Origin: Psychrobacter sp. DM4
GTDB lineage: Bacteria; Pseudomonadota; Gammaproteobacteria; Pseudomonadales; Moraxellaceae
Length of the DNA: 32,000 nt
Assembly: GCF_051307035.1 (NCBI RefSeq)
Contig: NZ_CP195536.1
Span: forward strand, 900,001-932,000
Direction of reading: 5' to 3'
Every line of letters starts with the position of its first letter. Position 1 is the first letter of the stretch. Shown in pieces: positions 28,239 through 32,000 of the stretch. The notes under the pieces are model-generated. The model saw only the letters and a list, made by a program, of their open reading frames with translations, was not told the DNA's origin and did not search any database. A program made the position numbers and the translations under genes.

Positions 28239-28564
28239 TACTGTTGTCAATTATCACTCATTGTAACGCATTTCGATGAAGTAGGGGCGAGTGCTTTGTG
28301 CAAATAGACTGGCAAAACAAAAACTTAGACGCTAAGAGAGGAGTTAAGATTGCTTGTTGCATAGAGGTATATTTTAACTTTTGTGCATTTATAAATAGTA
28401 TAAGTTGTCTACTTTTTGGTTTTTCAAAGCCATTGCGAGCTTAGCAACAAAAGCGTAATGTACAAAGGTTATGATAATCCTCTACTATCTTGACTCAAAA
28501 GCAGTCGCGGATACGCTCCATTATCCACTATATAATATAGCCACTACAACTATAATGAGTGTCA

Positions 28565-29419
28565 ATGAGATTCTTAATTAGTAATGATGACGGGGTACAT
28601 GCGCCAGGATTACTCGCATTATACCAAGCACTATCGACTATAGGAGAGGTGATCGTCGTCGCCCCACATGCTGAGCAAAGCGGTACAGGTAGTGCTCTGA
28701 CTATCACACATCCTCTACATACTCATACGTTACCCTCTGGGTTTGTCGCTGTAAATGGTTCACCCGCTGATTGCATTTACTTGGCGTTGAATGAGTTATA
28801 TGCTGATTTCTCCTTTGATTGTGTGATAACAGGGATTAATTCAGGGGCGAATCTAGGACAGGACGTACTATATTCAGGAACTTTTGGTGCAGCTCTTACC
28901 GCCCAGCTCTTTGGTGTACCTGCTATTGCAACCTCTCTAGTCGACGGCGCTCATACTATTCAAAGCAGCGATCTTCAGAACAGTAGTCTTCAAAATAGTA
29001 ATCCTAGTTATGAGATGGCAGCCAACGAAATCGTCAAGCTGTTGACTCAAACCACGATAATTGAAACCTGTAAAAGTTTGCCCTATCACGTATTAAACGT
29101 TAATATTCCTAATGTAAAAAATGCAGATGAGATCCAAGGTCGCAAAATCACGCGTCTGGGTCATAGTAAAATTGCGCAGCCTGTACGTCATATGGTTGAT
29201 CCACGCGAACGTGATGCTTACTGGCTCTCTTTGCGCAAAGATAATGTGCAAAACGACGATCAAGCGTTTCTATGTACTGACTTTAACCAGAACATTTACA
29301 CCGATATACAAGCGATAGCGGCAGGATATATCAGCGTGTCACCAGTCAGACTACATCATACTCCTGATGCTGCGTTAAGTAGGTGCCAAGCGCTTGAGAG
29401 CGAAAAGAGCAGTCAGTAA
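28565..29419 (+). CDS. surE: 5'/3'-nucleotidase / stationary-phase survival protein SurE
   Basis: N-terminal MRFLISNDDGVHAPGL, plus SGINSGANLG and YSGTFGAALT. Start taken at ATG 28565. Contains a low-complexity insertion, SSDLQNSSLQNSNPS. Confidence 0.93.
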   Translation: MRFLISNDDGVHAPGLLALYQALSTIGEVIVVAPHAEQSGTGSALTITHPLHTHTLPSGFVAVNGSPADCIYLALNELYADFSFDCVITGINSGANLGQDVLYSGTFGAALTAQLFGVPAIATSLVDGAHTIQSSDLQNSSLQNSNPSYEMAANEIVKLLTQTTIIETCKSLPYHVLNVNIPNVKNADEIQGRKITRLGHSKIAQPVRHMVDPRERDAYWLSLRKDNVQNDDQAFLCTDFNQNIYTDIQAIAAGYISVSPVRLHHTPDAALSRCQALESEKSSQ

Positions 29420-29601
29420 TAAAGTGCTAGATAGGGCATTACACTGCTCAGTAGCACAGCTGGCGACATAATAAAAATTATTAAGATAAAGACAGTCTTT
29501 ATTTATTGGTTATTACCTACTAGACTCTATTCTTCAAAAATATTAAATACCTAATAATGGCAACTTTGTTTGTCAGTCACATCATTGATAGGAAACCTTG
29601 T

Positions 29602-30384
29602 ATGAAAAAGCTTACGATGAGATCGCAATTAGTGACCACTGCTTTGATAGGGTCGCTAGCGATAGCTATGGCCAGCTGCGCAACAAAACCTGCTTATCAA
29701 CCTACCAGTCAAAGTGGTCCTAAAGTGATGACTAACGCGCAGGGCGTTCCTAATTATCATCTGGTCAAACGCGGGGATACGGTTAGTGATATTGCGGAGC
29801 GCTATCGTTTAAATTATCGTCAAGTAGGCGCGATGAATGGCTTGGACAGCAAATATACAATCTATAGTGGTCAGTGGCTCAAGCTGTGGGAAGGTACGCC
29901 AGCTGCTACTAGTCGTCCAACACAGCAGCCGACCTATAGACCACCTATCAACAACGCGCCTGTTACTCAAAGTCCGGTAATACAAAGCCCAGTCAATAAT
30001 CCTACTGCCAATTCGGCGTCAAACTATGGGTATCCTAGTCCCAATCAAGTGATACGTAATTTTGATGCACAAGCGGGTAATATGGGGATGTGGTTTGCAG
30101 GTCAAGAAGGTGATCCAGTGATCGCAAGCCAGGCAGGTACGGTACTATACTCCGGTAATGGACTGCCTGAATATGGCAATTTGATTATGATTCGTCATAG
30201 TGATAACTATATAACGGCGTATGCGCATAACAGCCAGCTTCTGGTAAAAGAAGGCGATCAAGTGCAGCGCGCGCAGCGTATTGCTAACATGGGCCGCAGC
30301 GGTCAAACCGATCAGGTGGCCTTAGAGTTCCAAGTACGTCTAAATGGTAACCCTATCGATCCACGTGCGGTATTAGCGCGCTAA
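29602..30384 (+). CDS. nlpD: NlpD-like lipoprotein: LysM domain, Pro/Gln-rich linker, degenerate M23 (LytM) domain
   Basis: Lipobox AMASC, LysM (YHLVKRGDTVSDIAERYRLNYRQVGAMNGL...YSGQWLKLW), and an M23 fold pattern (GDPVIASQAGTVLYSG...GNLIMIRHSDNYITAYAHNSQLLVKEGDQVQRAQRIANMGRSG). AGGAAA RBS before ATG 29602. Conserved position after surE. Confidence 0.88.
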   Translation: MKKLTMRSQLVTTALIGSLAIAMASCATKPAYQPTSQSGPKVMTNAQGVPNYHLVKRGDTVSDIAERYRLNYRQVGAMNGLDSKYTIYSGQWLKLWEGTPAATSRPTQQPTYRPPINNAPVTQSPVIQSPVNNPTANSASNYGYPSPNQVIRNFDAQAGNMGMWFAGQEGDPVIASQAGTVLYSGNGLPEYGNLIMIRHSDNYITAYAHNSQLLVKEGDQVQRAQRIANMGRSGQTDQVALEFQVRLNGNPIDPRAVLAR

Positions 30385-30421
30385 TGGCATGCTCTAACAT
30401 TCACGATATTTGAGAATTTTT

Positions 30422-31732
30422 ATGATAGTAAAAAAACAATATGCTGCTTTGCTCCCCGCGCTTTTCTTTATTGGCTGTACAAGCCAGCAAGCCATGCAAC
30501 AGCCCAGTAATTCGGTACCGGTACGTCAAGGTAATGTCGATATCACCCAGACGCAAACCATTCAAATAAAACCCGCTCCAGTTGTTGTGACGCCAGCGCC
30601 GCAGCCTGTTAAACCTAGCTATCGAAGCTTTTCAGATTGGAAGTCGGACTTTTCTATGCGGGCCATGTCATCAGGCTACAACAGTTATGATGTGCAGCGT
30701 TTGCTAGCTTCTGCCAATTTAAATCAGCAAGTCATCTCCTTGGATTCAGGGCAGCCTGAGTTCTCAAAGATGCCATGGGAATACGTTGATTCTGCGGTAT
30801 CAGATGGCAGGGTAAGCACAGGTAAACGTAAGTACTCTGAGCAGCGTTCGTTTCTGTCACAGTTAGAGTCCAGATATGGCGTGAATGCTGAGATTATCGC
30901 CGCTATCTGGGGCATGGAGTCCTCATATGGTGTGGTTACAGGTAACAGCTATATCCCAAGCTCGCTTGCCAGCCTAGCTTACGATGGTCGCCGTCAGGAA
31001 TTCGCTGAAAATCAATTATTGGCCTTGATGACCCTGCTACAACGCGGTGATGTGTCTTGGTCGCAGCTCGATGGCTCTTGGGCCGGCGGCATGGGGCAGA
31101 CGCAATTTATCCCTGATACGTGGCTCAAGCATGGTGTGGATGGTGATAATAATGGTAGTCGTAATCCTTGGGCGACAGGGGATGCATTAGCCTCTACGGC
31201 CAACTATCTAAACAGTTCAGGCTGGGTACGTGGTCTTGCGCCCTTTTATGAGGCGACAATACCAGCTGCATTTGATTACTCTTTGGTAGGGACTAAGCAA
31301 TCAGCGGCTAGATGGGCGTCGTTAGGGATTGATACCTTAGATGATGTGGCTTTGGATGCCAATACTCAGATGGAGTTATGGCTTCCTGCGGGCAAAGATG
31401 GTCCTACGCTGCTACTGAGTCCTAACTTTGACGTTATCAAGGTCTATAATAATTCGTCAAGCTACGCACTTGGCGTAAGCTTGCTTGGCAAATCACTCGC
31501 AGGACAAGGCGGCCTACAAAAATCATGGCCTCGCTATGAGCGTCCATTATCTACAGTACAAGTGACCAATTTGCAACGTCGTTTGACCAGCTCAGGTTAT
31601 GATACTAAGGGTACTGATGGTATCGTTGGTACCAATACCCGTAACGCCTTCCAGCGCTGGCAGGCAGCCAACGGTCAGACGCCAGACGGTTTTATTACGC
31701 AGCGCAGTGCCTCTTCGTTAGCGTCATGGTGA
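30422..31732 (+). CDS. Lytic murein transglycosylase (MltB/Slt35-like lipoprotein) with a C-terminal peptidoglycan-binding domain
   Basis: Lipobox FFIGC. Catalytic region AIWGMESSYG and GMGQTQFIPDTW are typical of MltB-type enzymes. The C-terminal segment LQRRLTSSGYDTKGTDGIVGTNTRNAFQRWQAANG resembles a PG_binding_1 repeat. Confidence 0.88.
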   Translation: MIVKKQYAALLPALFFIGCTSQQAMQQPSNSVPVRQGNVDITQTQTIQIKPAPVVVTPAPQPVKPSYRSFSDWKSDFSMRAMSSGYNSYDVQRLLASANLNQQVISLDSGQPEFSKMPWEYVDSAVSDGRVSTGKRKYSEQRSFLSQLESRYGVNAEIIAAIWGMESSYGVVTGNSYIPSSLASLAYDGRRQEFAENQLLALMTLLQRGDVSWSQLDGSWAGGMGQTQFIPDTWLKHGVDGDNNGSRNPWATGDALASTANYLNSSGWVRGLAPFYEATIPAAFDYSLVGTKQSAARWASLGIDTLDDVALDANTQMELWLPAGKDGPTLLLSPNFDVIKVYNNSSSYALGVSLLGKSLAGQGGLQKSWPRYERPLSTVQVTNLQRRLTSSGYDTKGTDGIVGTNTRNAFQRWQAANGQTPDGFITQRSASSLASW

Positions 31733-31756
31733 AGCGATCTGCTCACGCCATTTTTT
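31727..31756 (+). terminator. Candidate terminator overlapping the transglycosylase stop codon
   Basis: TGGTGA pairs with TCACGCCA (a 2-nt bulge) with a 10-nt loop, followed by T6 (31751-31756). Confidence 0.4.
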
Positions 31757-31856
31757 ATTAGCACCTACTGGCGGCGTCAGCAAACAGACTTTTAGGGACA
31801 AAGACCTTTGGGTAAATGCCTTTTGGGAACTATTACACTATTTTGATAGGTAAAAT

Positions 31857-32000
31857 ATGAACCAAGCTCAACCTACCGCGACTTATGTCAATAAATGGTC
31901 TGCGATTAGTCGCCTTTTTCATTGGGTCAGCGCCTTGCTACTGCTCGTCACTTGGATCATGATTTTCACTTATGAGAATACCGATGATTCATTTTATATA
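31857..32000 (+). CDS. Partial (5' end only) cytochrome b561-family membrane protein
   Basis: My own translation from ATG 31857: MNQAQPTATYVNKWSAISRLFHWVSALLLLVTWIMIFTYENTDDSFYI. The R-x-x-HW motif followed by a TM helix is typical of the N-terminus of CybB-type b561 proteins. It is truncated by the window edge and is not in the supplied ORF track. Confidence 0.5.
   Translation, partial: MNQAQPTATYVNKWSAISRLFHWVSALLLLVTWIMIFTYENTDDSFYI

Overview
This window is a moderately AT-rich gammaproteobacterial chromosome segment. The gene order (hisZ-purA, ndk-rlmN-pilW-rodZ-ispG-hisS-yfgM-bamB-der, surE-nlpD-mltB) and the base composition suggest Moraxellaceae, possibly Psychrobacter-like. That assignment is inference only, since no search was possible.

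I call 26 intact CDSs, one 3'-truncated CDS, one gene relic, about 13 hairpin terminators and a few short repeats. I recognised no rRNA, tRNA, CRISPR array, IS element, transposase, integrase, phage gene or known defence gene.

From about 6.9 kb to the right end the window is almost entirely core housekeeping: folate, purine and histidine metabolism, translation, isoprenoid synthesis, and envelope and outer-membrane biogenesis. The left 6.6 kb looks more accessory. It holds a secreted HSL-type esterase, a 1.3-kb stretch with no intact gene that contains a stranded ACC-deaminase/D-cysteine-desulfhydrase-family fragment, a DedA protein, an Fe-ADH plus SMP-30/lactonase-like pair, and an orphan lipoprotein.

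I did not find convincing evidence for a novel multi-gene system. The best leads are modest:
- the gene relic and its surrounding decayed region
- an orphan sensor kinase with a degenerate receiver-like C-terminus and no partner regulator
- two uncharacterised exported proteins, each insulated by its own terminators
- a 296-bp structured spacer upstream of folD
- a PsiE-like gene whose start overlaps the folD stop
- independent 15-18 bp tandem duplications, both coding (in frame) and intergenic

All functional calls rest on motifs read by eye from the translations. None has been checked against a database.
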